From Octopus sinensis (Eukaryota), in NCBI RefSeq assembly GCF_006345805.1, contig NC_043006.1:51336001-51400000 (forward strand): DNA of 64,000 bases, in the 5' to 3' direction. This document shows positions 38,174-49,964 of the stretch, piece by piece. A program made the translations under genes and the position numbers. The notes below the pieces were generated by a model. The model searched no databases, was not told the origin of the DNA, and saw only the letters and a list, made by a program, of their open reading frames with translations. Each line of letters starts with the position of its first letter. Position 1 is the first letter of the stretch.

Positions 38174-41100
38174 TCACTTGTCCTGCCTGGTCTTCTCACG
38201 TACAGAATATTTCCAAAGGTCTCGGTCGCTGGTCATTTCCTCAGTGAGGCCTAAAGTTCGAAGGTCGTGCTTCACCACCTCGTCCCAGGTTTTCCTGGGT
38301 CTACCTCTTCCACGGGTTCCCTCAACTGCTAAGGATTGGCACTTTCTCACACACCTATCTTCATCCATTCTCGCCACATGACCATACCAGCGCAATCGTC
38401 TCTCTTGCACACCACAACTGATGCCTCTTAGGTACAACATTTCTCTCAAGGTGCTAACGCTCTGTCGAGTATGTACACTGACATTACACATCCATCGGAG
38501 CATACTGGCTTCATTCCTCACGAGCTTACGCATGTCCTCGGCAGTCACGGCCCATGTTTCACTGCCATGTAGCATGGCTGTTCGTACACACGCATCATAC
38601 AGTCTGCCTTTTACTCTGAGCGAGAGGCCTTTAGTCACTAGCAGAGGTAAGAGCTCCCTAAACTTTGCCCAGGCTATTCTTATTCTAGCAGTTACACTTT
38701 CAGCGCACCCACCCCCACTACTGACTTGGTCACCTAGATAACGGAAGCTATCAACTACTTCTAGTTTTTCCCCTTGGAAAGTGACTGAAGTTATTTTCTG
38801 CAGATTTTCGGAGGTTAATGCTCCTGAGCATCTGCCACATACAAAAACTATCTTCCCAGTTAGCCTACCTTTGACATTGCTGCACCTCTTATGTGTCCAT
38901 AGCTTACACTGGGTACATCTTATAGAGTTTCTACCTACACCTTTTCTACAGATCGAGCAGGGCCATCTTCCTGAAGACATTTGTGGATTGTCTACCTTCC
39001 TACTTATTAGTACTTTGGTTTTAGCTAGGTTGACTCTAAGGCCCCTCGATTCTAAACCCTCCTTCCACACCTGGAACTTCTCCTCCAGCTCTGATAGTGA
39101 CTCAGCAATAAGAGCAAGGTCGTCAGCATAGAGGAGCTCCCAGGGACAACCTGTCTTGAATTCCTCCGTAATTGCCTGTAGGACTATGATAAATAGGAGG
39201 GGGCTGAGTACTGAACCCTGGTGGACCCCAACCTCTACTTTGAATTCTTCTGTGTACATGTTGCTAACCCTAACCTTACTTACGGCATCTCTGTACATGG
39301 CTTGCACAGTCCTCACCAGCCATTCATCTATCCCTAGTTTCCTCATTGACCACCAGATAAGGGATCGGGGGACCCTATCAAAAGCTTTCTCCATGTCAAC
39401 AAAAGCCAGGTACAGGGGCTTATCTTTGGCTAGGTATTTCTCCTGCAGCTGCCTTACCAGGAATATAGCATCCGTGGTACTTTTCCCGTGCACGAACCCA
39501 AACTGCATCTCATCTAAACTAACTCTCTCTCTAATTAGTTGGGCTATGACCCTCTCCGTAACTTTCATTACTTGATCCAACAGCTTGATACCTCTGTAAT
39601 TATTTGTATCTAGGGCATCACCTTTACCTTTGTAGCAGTTGACTAGTATGCTGCTACACCAGTCATTGGGTATGACTCCTTCGTGTATCACCTGGTTGAC
39701 TATACGGGTGACTAGGTTATAGCCGACACTGCCAGATATTTTGAGCATCTCTGCAGTAATTCCTGATGGGCCTGGGGCTTTCCCTGTCTTCATGCTTCTA
39801 ATTGCCTTAGCTACCACGGAACTATCAACTCGGATAGCTGTCCCTCTGTTGGGTCAACATTCGGCAGACTCTCTTTATCCCATTCATTTTCTTTATTCAG
39901 CAACCTTTCATAGTGGCATCTCCAAACCTCTCTCTTTGCATCCTCATTTAGCGCAAGTGAACCATCATCCATGCGAACACACTTCTCTCCTACCACATTA
40001 TGATTCTCTCTCACACACTGTCTTGCAACACGAAATACCTCAAGTCTTTCATCCTCACGGCTCAGAACATTGGCAAATTTTTTCTTATCCGCTTCCCCTC
40101 TGGCTAAATAAACCTGTCTCCTAGCTTCCCTTCTGGCTGTCTGATACAATTCCCTGCTACCACCGTTCCTCCAGTCCTTCCAAGCCTGTCTCTTTTGTCT
40201 AATAGCCCTGTCAACCACAGAGTTCCACCACCATGTTACTCTGGGTCGAGATGGTACTTTGCTCCATCCACAGATCTGGTCAGTGGCTGTCAGCAGATTG
40301 TCCCGTAGAAATCTCCAGTTGCCTTCCACATTAAGTGAAGCTATATCCCCTTCTATTTCGTCAAAGGCTTCAAGTAGTATGTCTCTAAATCTCTGTCCAT
40401 TTGCAGGATCTTTAAGCTTCCAGACCTTCTCCTCCAAGCAGGTCTTCTTCTGGGCAACCATTTAGCTCTGATCCTTAAGTCGCTAACTACTAATCTATGT
40501 TGAGGAGTACATTCTTCGCCTGGAAAGGTTTTGGCATTTATAAGCAGCCCTCTTTCCCTTTTTCTAGCAAGGATGTAGTCAATCTGGCTGGTGTGTCTGC
40601 CAGAACGGTAGGTGACTAGGTGAGAGGTGGGTTTCCTGAAGTTGGTATTGCAGACCATAAGGTCATTTGCATCGCAGAACTCCAGCAGCCTGGTTCCCTC
40701 CTCATTTCGAGAGCCAAAACCGTAGCCTCCATGGACGCCATGGAAGCCCCCGACATGCCGTCCGACATGTCCATTGAAATCACCTGCCACGAAGAGAAGG
40801 TCACTGTCATTTGTCAACGAGGTAGTCCGCAATAGGGTGTCATAGAATTGGTCTTTTTGTCCTTCTGGTAGTCCTGGTTGAGGGGCATATGCCGAGATGA
40901 TGGTAGCTGTCCTGTGGTGAAGGACTAATCTAATTTTAATTACTCTGTCACTTACTCTGACTACCTCGATTACCTTACCCACCCATTTCTCTGCAAGAAG
41001 TATACCCACGCCCCCGACCCCGTCAGTGTTCCCTGCCCAGAAAATCTTGTACCTGTGTTCCTTGCCTGTGAGGAGCCTAGCGGAACCTCCTCTCCACCTT

Positions 41101-41294
41101 ACTTCCTGGATACAACATACATCCACACGTCTCCGTTCAAGCAGCTCTACAATCTCTCCAGACCTACCTTTCAATGTGCCAACATTGAGTGTGCCAACTC
41201 TGAGAGTGTGGGAGGTGTAGGCCTCTGAGACCCTGGGATGAGGGACAGTCGTGTCATGTACCTGAAAAGAAAGCTTGCAGTTGGCAGATTTCAT
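38174..41294 (-). pseudogene. RTE APE-RT polyprotein reading frame with two -1 frameshifts (~40440 and ~39830)
   Basis: ORF segments 40353-41294, 39811-40461 and 38174-39817 have no internal stops in the homologous frames. Alignment with the second copy shows single-base deletions (aggtc vs inferred agggtc; ggacag vs ggaccag). Confidence 0.85.
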
Positions 41295-41499
41295 ACTGAA
41301 ACACTAGACTTCAACCTGCTATATATATATATATATATATATCCAACAGGCTTCTTTCCATTTCTGTCTACCAATCACAAGGCTCTGGTCAGCCTGAGGT
41401 TATTGTAGAAGACACTTGCCTGAGGTACCATACAGTGGGACTGAACTCAGAACCATTATGCATGGTAAATAAACTTCTTACCACACACACACACACATA

Positions 41500-41719
41500 C
41501 AGGGTGATTGAAAAGTAAGTCACTATTTTAAAATACTTGTAAATTATTTATTAATTGCAATTTCCCCCCCCCAAAAAAAAATGGGATTTGAGAGAAAAGC
41601 TTTTAGTATAAGGTTTTATTTATATTTCAAAAAACAAACAAAAAATTTGAGGAAAAAATTACAATTAATAGATAATTTATAAGTATTTTAAAATATGTTG
41701 TAACTTTTCAATCACCCTG
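41500..41719. mobile_element. Tc1/mariner-type MITE (220 bp)
   Basis: TIRs cagggtgattgaaaagt...acttttcaatcaccctg, with TA TSDs (41498-99, 41720-21). Confidence 0.85.
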
Positions 41720-41843
41720 TATGTAGTGCTAATCCTATTTTTAAGATAGCATATTGTCATAAAGCATTGTAGTCTCTCCAAAATCAAATGTATATTTATC
41801 AATTACTGATTAACATTCAACTGATAACGTTGCATAAATTTTC

Positions 41844-42222
41844 TACTCTTTTACTTGTTTCAGTCATTTGACTGCGGCCATGCTGGGGCACTGCCTTTTA
41901 GTCGAACAAATTGACCCCAGGACTTATTCTTTGTAAGCCTAGTACTTATTCTATCAGTTTCTTTTGCTGAACCACTAAGTTACAGGGACGTAAACACACC
42001 AGCATCGGTTGTCAAGCGATGTTGGGGACACAAACACAGACACACATACACATACATGTATATACATATATACAATGGGCTTTTTTTCAGTTTCTGTCTA
42101 CGAAATCCACTCACATGGCTTTAGTCGGCCCGAGGCTATAGTAGAAGACACTTGCCCAAGGTACCACACAGTGGAACTGAACCCGGAACCATGTGGTTGG
42201 TAAGCAAGCTATTTACCACACA
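41844..42222 (-). mobile_element. SINE family A, near full length
   Basis: Same consensus as the other copies. Confidence 0.85.
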
Positions 42223-42268
42223 TATACTATTCTATCATTTTTCTCTTTCACACACACACTCACACACA

Positions 42269-42303
<35 letters not shown>

Positions 42304-43028
42304 TATTCCTCATTGAGACTGTGAAGTGTAAGATATGAGGGAGGATGGTTTTTGTCAATTTCAAAGAAATGAAAGTCTTCCATTTTCTACATGCCATTTA
42401 GGGAGTAGTTAGTTAACTGCTCAGCAACGAATGTATTGAATAAAGTGTGTATTCTGATACTTTGTTCATTTCCAAGAATTTTTGTTGGAAGTGAAAATAT
42501 ATGTGTATGTGAGTGTTTGGGTGTGTGGGGGTTGTATATGTGTGTGGTGTGTATGTGTGTTTGTGTTTGTACATGCATGTGTGTGTTTATATATGTGTGT
42601 ATGTAAGTGTGTATATGTGTGTGGCATGTGTTTGTGTGCCTATGTGTGTATTTGTGTGTCTATCTTTTAAATAACTATTAATAATTTTAATATCTTCAAA
42701 TATACTGTTGCTAGTTTAGTCATTAATTAAATGCATGAAGGCACGTGGCCTAGTGATTAGGATAAACTGCTTATGAATATAAGGTTATGGGTTCAGTTTT
42801 TAGACTGTTGCGTCCTTGAGCAAAACATTTCATTTCATATTGCTTCTGTCTAGTTAGTTAAAATTAAACCAGCCTGATTGTTGGCACAGCACCCTCTTCC
42901 ACCAGCTGTCACATCCTTGATGTTTAACTGGATCAAGAGTGAGGGGGCTAAGAAGTGACTACGTCAGCTTGCAGCAGAAAAAAAAAACAAAAAAAAAACA
43001 GAAAACAAAAAAAAAACTTTAAACTATT

Positions 43029-43105
43029 AACAAAAGCTTGGTACATATTACCAAGCTATACACACCCAACAAAAGCTTGGTACATATTACCAAGCTATAC
43101 ACACT
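43029..43105 (+). repeat. 39-bp tandem duplication containing a perfect 9-bp hairpin AGCTTGGTA-catat-TACCAAGCT
   Basis: Units start at 43029 and 43068. Confidence 0.9.
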
Positions 43106-43249
43106 CATAAATATCAGATGGTTATGCATTTGAATTTCATATTACACATGTACTGTTTTAGCACAGTAGTTGTATTGTGCCTGTTGAAACTAGTATTCAG
43201 TGATAGTTTTGGTCATGTATCATGAATGATGTATGAGGAAGTCCATTTT

Positions 43250-44040
43250 TTGATCATTTGTATAATATTTATCTTCTATCATACTGAGGGATGAAGTGAA
43301 AGCTTCTAGTCATCTAAAGAAAAATTTCTGCAAAATCCTGAATTGAAATATTTGCTTCAACAAACTAAGAACGATGAAGCTTGTCACTCTAAATGCTGCA
43401 ATAGCATTCTGAGAAATGCACTTAAATCCATGGCATTGAAACACAAAACTTCTGTAAAACAAGTGTTTTGATATGATTAAATCTAGTGTTGATGTATACT
43501 TCCTCTAGTGTGAGAAAGAAGTTTTGGAAAGTGAACTAACAACCAAAAGTGAATTGCTTATTGCTGGTTATTTTACTGAACATACAATTTCCTTTGCAAA
43601 CAGCATGTCAGAAAATATTTCCAGAACAGTAAGTTTGTGAAAAATGATCAAAGAGGACGAAATTTTGGTACGTCATTCGGAATGAAATTGCCTTTCATGA
43701 AAAACTAGTGATATCTGATATCGGCAGTATGCAAAAGTTCTCTATCATAAATAGTGTAAGTACAGATATCTCATTTACTCATATTTTAACTATAGTTAAG
43801 AGATACTTTGATTTGAATAAACATGGTGTCCTAGATGCACTGTTAGATATTGTAACAGTTAGCTGAAAATGGAATGCCTTTTGGTCTTTACAATGTGTCA
43901 TTGCAAGAAAGATTCTTGTAGAAAATATTGAATTTACAAGAGACAATTGTTCTTTCATGATGGATATAAAAAATGGGTCCTGAAAACTGTTGAAACATAA
44001 TATGATTTTTGTTTTTATGTGTCTCTCATTCTTTGGCCCT
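43250..44040 (+). mobile_element. Degenerate hAT-like transposase remnant
   Basis: Broken frames read SELLIAGYFTEHTISFA and IVKRYFD...RDNCSFMMDIKNG...VFMCLS, similar to hAT DDE-region motifs (DNxxxMxGxxNG...CxxH). Many stops; no TIRs found. Confidence 0.5.
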
Positions 44041-44094
44041 CTGTGCAAGTCTTGTACAGTTTTTTCTTTACTTCTTCTACTCTTTCTTATTATT

Positions 44095-44420
44095 GAGACT
44101 CCCTTCAGTCATGACTGACTGTGGGATTGCACCTAGAAAGTTAACCTCCCAGGCACAAGTCCGGGCAATGTTGTTTATGGAAGACCATGCATACCAGCCT
44201 CCCCTCACCATGCCACCAGTGTTATCCAAGGGAAAGGCAACAGCGGATACAGCTTGGCACCTGTGATGTCACAACTCATTTCTACAGCTGAGTGAACTGG
44301 AGCAACGTGAAATAATGTGTCTTGCCCAAGAACACAACATGCAGCCTGGTCCGGGATTTGAACTCACAACCTCACAATTGTAAGCTCGATGCTCTAACCA
44401 CTGAGCCATGCACCTTCACT
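44095..44420 (-). mobile_element. tRNA-headed CORE-like SINE (family D)
   Basis: Head GGTGCATGGCTCAGTGGTTAGAGC...GAGTTCAAATCCCGG (clear A and B boxes), followed by gtgttcttgggcaagacac...cagctgtagaaatgag. Confidence 0.8.
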
Positions 44421-45307
44421 CTTTCTTATTAATTATCCATCTTTTTCTGCCTATCTCAATATTAGCATTAAAATGCCAACACTCACCATTCCTGAATTTC
44501 ATAGAATCAAATTACTTTGACAATTAGTAACTCATCTTTATTGTCATCATCATCATCGTTGTTGTTGTCATCGTTGTCTGTTTAATATTTACTTTTCCAT
44601 GCATACCTCAGTCTGAGAAAACTTGTTAAGGTTCTCTGTCATCAACTCTCATATGTATGTAGTGAGAAAATAGAGGAAGCAAATTTTAGAGAAATGCCAT
44701 TGTGGAGAGGTAAAATAAAGCAAAAGGCTTAGTGTATGGCTTAGTATGATAGACAATAAGAGCTACAGGAAGTTGAAAAGTGTTAAAAGAAAGGTTTAGG
44801 TAGACATTAGTGATGACCTTAAGAAATTCTTTGTCATTGTATCAAAAACTTATGTCTTCATGATTACTAATAAGAAGATTTGTTTGTTGTATTTACCCAT
44901 ACTACAGTACACAATAACAGATACTAAGTAGTTGCATGACATTAAATCTTATCTGTTAAAGAGGATTACATTTTCTTCAATTTCCTCAGAAACAAAACAA
45001 TTTAAAATATTGACAGAGCAAATTAAAAACAGAACCACTACACAATTACTCAAATCAGTTAGAAATATTAGTTAAATCTGTTAAGCAGGATGATAAATTA
45101 GGGTCACCACCCCAGAAACGATTACAGTTCTGTTAGGCTTCTGCATGATTTACATCTATGTAATTTCACTTACAAGGCTTGTGTTTCTCTGATGTGTCTG
45201 TTATGAGATTTTTGTTATACAATAGGATTTTTGTTATACAATAGGATTGAATCCAGGCAAGATGATTGCATAGTGAAATTCTTAACCATGTAGCTGTATT
45301 TGTACAT

Positions 45308-45687
45308 AGGTGTAGCAGTGGCTGTGTGGTAAGTATCTTGCTTACCAACCACATGGTTCCGGGTTCAGTCCCACTGCATGGCACCTTGGGCAAGTGTCTT
45401 TTACTATAGCCTCAGGCTGACCAAAGCCTTGTGAGTGGATTTGGTAGCCGGAAACTGGAAGAAGTCCATCACATATATGTATATGTGTATTTGTGTATCT
45501 GTGTTTGTCCCCCCAACATCGCTTGACAACCGATGCTAGTGTTTACATCCTCGTAACTTAGTGGTTTGGCAAAAGAGACCGAATAAGTTCTAGGCTTACA
45601 AAGAATAAGTCCTGGGGTTGATTTGCTCGACTAAAGGCGGTGCTCCAGCATGGTCTCAGTCACTTGACTAAAACAAGTAAAAGAGTA
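45308..45687 (+). mobile_element. SINE family A, full length
   Basis: gtggctgtgtggtaag...ccgggttcagtccc...gcaccttgggcaagtg...aacaagtaaaagagt. Confidence 0.88.
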
Positions 45688-47558
45688 ATAGACTGTCGAT
45701 ATCAGTCATTCAAATGAAAATACTTGCCTTTACATGTAACATATTTTCTGAAATCTTTGTCACTGAAACTTTTGTTTTTTTAAAACTATTCTTCTACCCT
45801 TCCCCACTCAACCCCTCCACACATATACACTTACCAACAGAATGACATGTTAAAATAAAATTATAAATCCTAATCTGTAATTATACTTGTGCAAATTGTA
45901 CTCATTATTCTATGTCAACAAAATTAATAGGTTAAATACAATGTAGCTATATATAACCATATCATTTTTTTTTACATATTAAATATAAATATTTATGTAT
46001 CAAATATGATAAATAGTTACTGGAAGATGATAAATATTTTTAAATCAGCTGGGGCTTGCTTACTCACAAATCTCAGTTGCCTGGCTACACATATATACAC
46101 ACTACTTCATATTTCTGTGACGGTGCACTCATGACACACATTCAAGACTGTGCTAAAATACTTCATTCATTACCTCACTATAATAGTTTTCTCTGTTTTT
46201 ACTACTACGGTCAAATTTACTTAAGCCCTTCAAAATAGTCGGTTTATGAGCAGTGACTCCATCAGCTGCTAAAAGGGACATTAGTGACTCATAAAATCCA
46301 AATTCAGGATTGCACCATGTCTAGCTGGTCCTTCTTTTTGTACTCACAAAGCTATTGTATAAATAAGACATTATATGAATTAGTTATAAGGATTCTTTAA
46401 GAATCAAGGCACACCAACATGTAAGATGCTGAAAAATGGTTAGGTACAAATACAGAGCTCACAGCGAAATAAACAACATTGTAGATTTCATATACTGGCA
46501 GGATACCACAGATATGAAAATATGAAATCCAGATTGTAATCATTGATCTGACTCACCAATAGATCTTTGGTGTGGTGTAAGAATAAAATAATGAGCATGA
46601 ATGGTATTAAAAATTTTTCAATGCCATAGCTGTTTCTGTACAATTTTGTTTCATGTAGTCATAAAAGATTATATCATAATATACAATCCATGATCATCAG
46701 GTAAAATTTTAAACATGCAAGATTTTAAACAGTTGATCTGGATATAGTCAACATTTGTTGGGCTAGTAGAAGTAAGACAGTGTTTCTATCTGTCATATGG
46801 TGTTAGTACATATAGTGTTGGCTAAAAATGTAATGACATATTCTGTAGTACAGTTTAACATTGGAATAAAATACTGTTAGCGCACCAGTAATTTATGTGC
46901 GTGTATGTATATATTTATGTAAATATGTACAAGGGGTACTGAAAAATTCCTGGCTTTGAGTAAAAGCAAACAGAGAAAGATCAGTTAATTATGATTTTAT
47001 TCTACACTAGATTAAAAGCCACACAGCTAGCTCTTGCAGAGGGCTAATTGGGCCTGTGACCCAAAACTAAAAGGAACAACAATAATAAAACATTTATAGG
47101 TACCCCACCAATATGGTATTTCTTTAAATTCAGTTTAAATGAAAAACTTTAAGTTCACAAATTTTTGGAGTCCTTTAAAATTTGAATTTTCAACTGTTAG
47201 CATATAACAAATCCTCATCAAGACCTGATCCCAATGCTGGATGTTCAAGAACCAAATTCAATCCCAGAATCACTCTTATTCCAAAAAGGTATAATATGTC
47301 TATGTAGAGCAAATGTAAACTGAAATACAGGGGTCCCAGATGGATGGATAGACAGAATTTCATGTTTATTAGGCATAGGAGTGGCTGTGTGGTAAGTAGC
47401 TTGCTTACGAACCACATGGTTCTGGGTTCAGTCCCACTGCTTGACACCTTAGGCAAGTGTCTTCTACTATAGCCTTGGGCCGACCAAAGCCTTGTGAGTG
47501 GATTTGGTGGTTGGAAACTGGAAGAAGCCCATCGTATATATGTATATATATATATACA

Positions 47559-48205
47559 TATATTATATTGAGGGTACTACTATTCATAGATACCGCACGC
47601 TAAGAGGGACCAATGCGGTCAAAACTACTAAAATAAACAAAATTTTACCGAATGCAAAACTTCAAAGCAAGTCATTTAAAAAAAAGAATTTAGTTACATA
47701 TCACCTGTGATTTCGCAATTAATGCAGAATATGCATTCTATGTTCATTAGTGCAACAAACTCAAGACTTATAAGAAAAAACATAGCATTACAAACCCGAT
47801 AGCCAACCGTAGAATTCGTCGTAGCATGTACGAATGTTTATCTTTACATATCTATGAAAATGGCGGGCTTATTCGCAATAATATTGCAATATTATTGCGA
47901 ATAATATTGCAATATTATTGCAATATTATTGCGAATAAGCCCGCCATTTTCATAGATATGTAAAGATAAACATTCGTACATGCTACAACGAATTCTACGG
48001 TTGGCTATCGGGTTTTGTTTATTTTAGTAGTTTTGACCGCATTGGTCCCTCTTAGCGTGCGGTATCTATGAATAGTAGTACCCTCAATATAATATAAATA
48101 AATATTTTCAAAGTGGAAAAATTTACGGATTTTTTCTCTTACGAGGTTTTTCACGCTAACTACTGATAATTTCTTATAAAGATTTTATCCTCAATTGTAA
48201 ATTTA
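47559..48205. mobile_element. Penelope-like inverted-dimer insertion inside the microsatellite of a SINE
   Basis: 84-bp perfect IR 47559-47642 / 48013-48096; ~110-bp arm palindrome 47792-48015; HHR fold on the minus arm; 3' tail ...ttttatcctcaattgtaaattta. The SINE resumes at ~48206. Confidence 0.65.
47693..47756 (-). ncRNA. Type I hammerhead ribozyme, degenerate (G5A, G10.1A)
   Basis: Stem I GTTGCA/TGTAAC (one G-U); core CTAATGA; stem II includes AATGCA/TGCATT; GAAA; stem III ATCAC-AG-GTGAT; triplet AUA. Confidence 0.6.
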
Positions 48206-49369
48206 TATATACATATATAGATATGTGTGTGTATGTGTGTGTGTGTATGTGTTCGTCCCCCCCAACATCACTTGACAACCGATGCTGGTGTGCTTACGTC
48301 CCCATAACTTAGTGGTTCGGCAAAACAAACCGATAGAATAAGTACTAGGCTTACAAAGAATAAGTCCTGAGGCTGATTTGCTCGACTAAAGGTGGTGCTC
48401 CAGCATGGCCACAGTCAAATGACTGAAACAAGTAAAAGAGTAAAGAGAGTATTATTATAGATATTCTCCTCTCAGATTCACACACTTATTGCAGTGGTCC
48501 AACCAGGCCTTTCACGATACTCTTAAAGCCAGGAACTTTTCAGCAGCCTCTCATATGTATTTATGTATCAACGTATATATGTATATACATGTATATACAT
48601 GTATGTGTTTATGCATAAGCATTGATGTTTATCCTTTTGTGGTCATAAATACCCTGCAAATGCCAGCATGGTCACTGTTGGAATGGCTTTTAATATGGTA
48701 TAGTCAGAGGAAAGACAATAGCTGTGACCTTTTTACAGGACCTCTGTGGCTGATAACATGAAGGGAGGAAGTTACCTATGAAGTAAATAAGAGACCTGGT
48801 CTGAATACTTACAACAGGGAATTTTGTTAAAGACACTCAGAAAGCAGGTGATGGTGTTAAACAAAGCAATGGATTAAGTCAGTTATATAAAGTCTTAGAT
48901 CCATTTAGTTAGAGCATATCAGTGGTGATGGGAAGAGGGGCAAACAATAACAACAGCTGTACAACTCTACTTCAACTATCAGCATCACCACAATCATCAT
49001 AACCCCTACCAACAGCAACAGCATTAGACATGTAGTTTGAGTTCACTGACTATCAATCAGATTAAGAATCTAAGTATAAATCATGAATTCAAACTAGCAT
49101 TTAAGCAACTTTTGAAGTATCTGATTCATTTGTTTAACTTCTTCAATAAGAGTATCAGAGTAAATTTGTTCTGAGATTGTTAGCAAACATTTGATGTCAT
49201 GTTTCCTTTATGTAGAGACACAGGCATGGATGTGTGGTTAAGAAATTTGCTTCTTGATTTCAGTCCCACTGCACAAAACCTTGGGTGTCTTCAATATAGA
49301 CCCAGGTTGGCCAAAGTCTTATCAGTTGATTTGGTAGATACAAATTAAAAGAAGAGTGTGTGTGTATAT

Positions 49370-49411
<42 letters not shown>

Positions 49412-49932
49412 TTATATACTAAAACTTAATAGTAACGGCCAGGCACAATGTGATACCATGAAGGAAAAATTCAATCATCACTAAGTGTTTCTAACAGTGC
49501 CAGAGCACCTACATTGCTAGAAATAAGAGTTAAAATACTCTTAATGCTGTTGGAAGAGCGCATAGAGTATACACACATGCTGACAGGGGAAGTAGCCATC
49601 CCCATGGTCATTTTGAGGATCACTCAGACTAGATCTAGTTTTGTCTATGACTGTAGACATCATCACTGAGGACTGCTTGAATGGTGCATAATCAGCTAAT
49701 TCCCTCTGCCAGCATATATGTATTTACCATTAAAAATTTGTGGATGATTTAGCTAAATGCTAATGCGTATACTAAACATTAATATAAACAAATTGAATTT
49801 TTCTTTTACAGTATCACATCGCACTTGGCTGTTAATAATTTATCGTTTCTTTGTTACTGTTATTCTCCTTTTTGTAGGCTTTTTATGCAATTCTACATTG
49901 CGACTAGCTGTTAATAAAGAAAAATATTGATG

Positions 49933-49964
<32 letters not shown>

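Larger units (their letters stand above)
37283..41294 (-). mobile_element. RTE-clade LINE, near full length: APE endonuclease, RT with PHD-like insertion, repetitive 3' UTR and (GAT)n tail
   Basis: APE motifs (GTLNVGTL, IQEVRW, GDFNGHVG, SQIDYIL) in ORF 40353-41294. RT motifs (QFGF, AFDRV, GVHQGSVLSP, YADD, YLG) in ORF 38174-39817. The three ORF segments are joined by two 1-nt frameshifts. (ATC)n on plus at ~37283-37306. Confidence 0.95.
47371..48450 (+). mobile_element. SINE family A interrupted by the Penelope-like palindromic insert (47559-48205)
   Basis: Head 47371-47540 and body 48206-48450 match the consensus. Confidence 0.85.

Noticed and set aside
37325-38254. 309-aa and 234-aa plus-strand ORFs with repeated motifs
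   Set aside because: Antisense read-through of the RTE 3' UTR tandem array.
44350-44420. tRNA-like sequence with A and B boxes
   Set aside because: It continues into a SINE body, and the acceptor stem is not closed; it is a SINE head rather than a tRNA gene.
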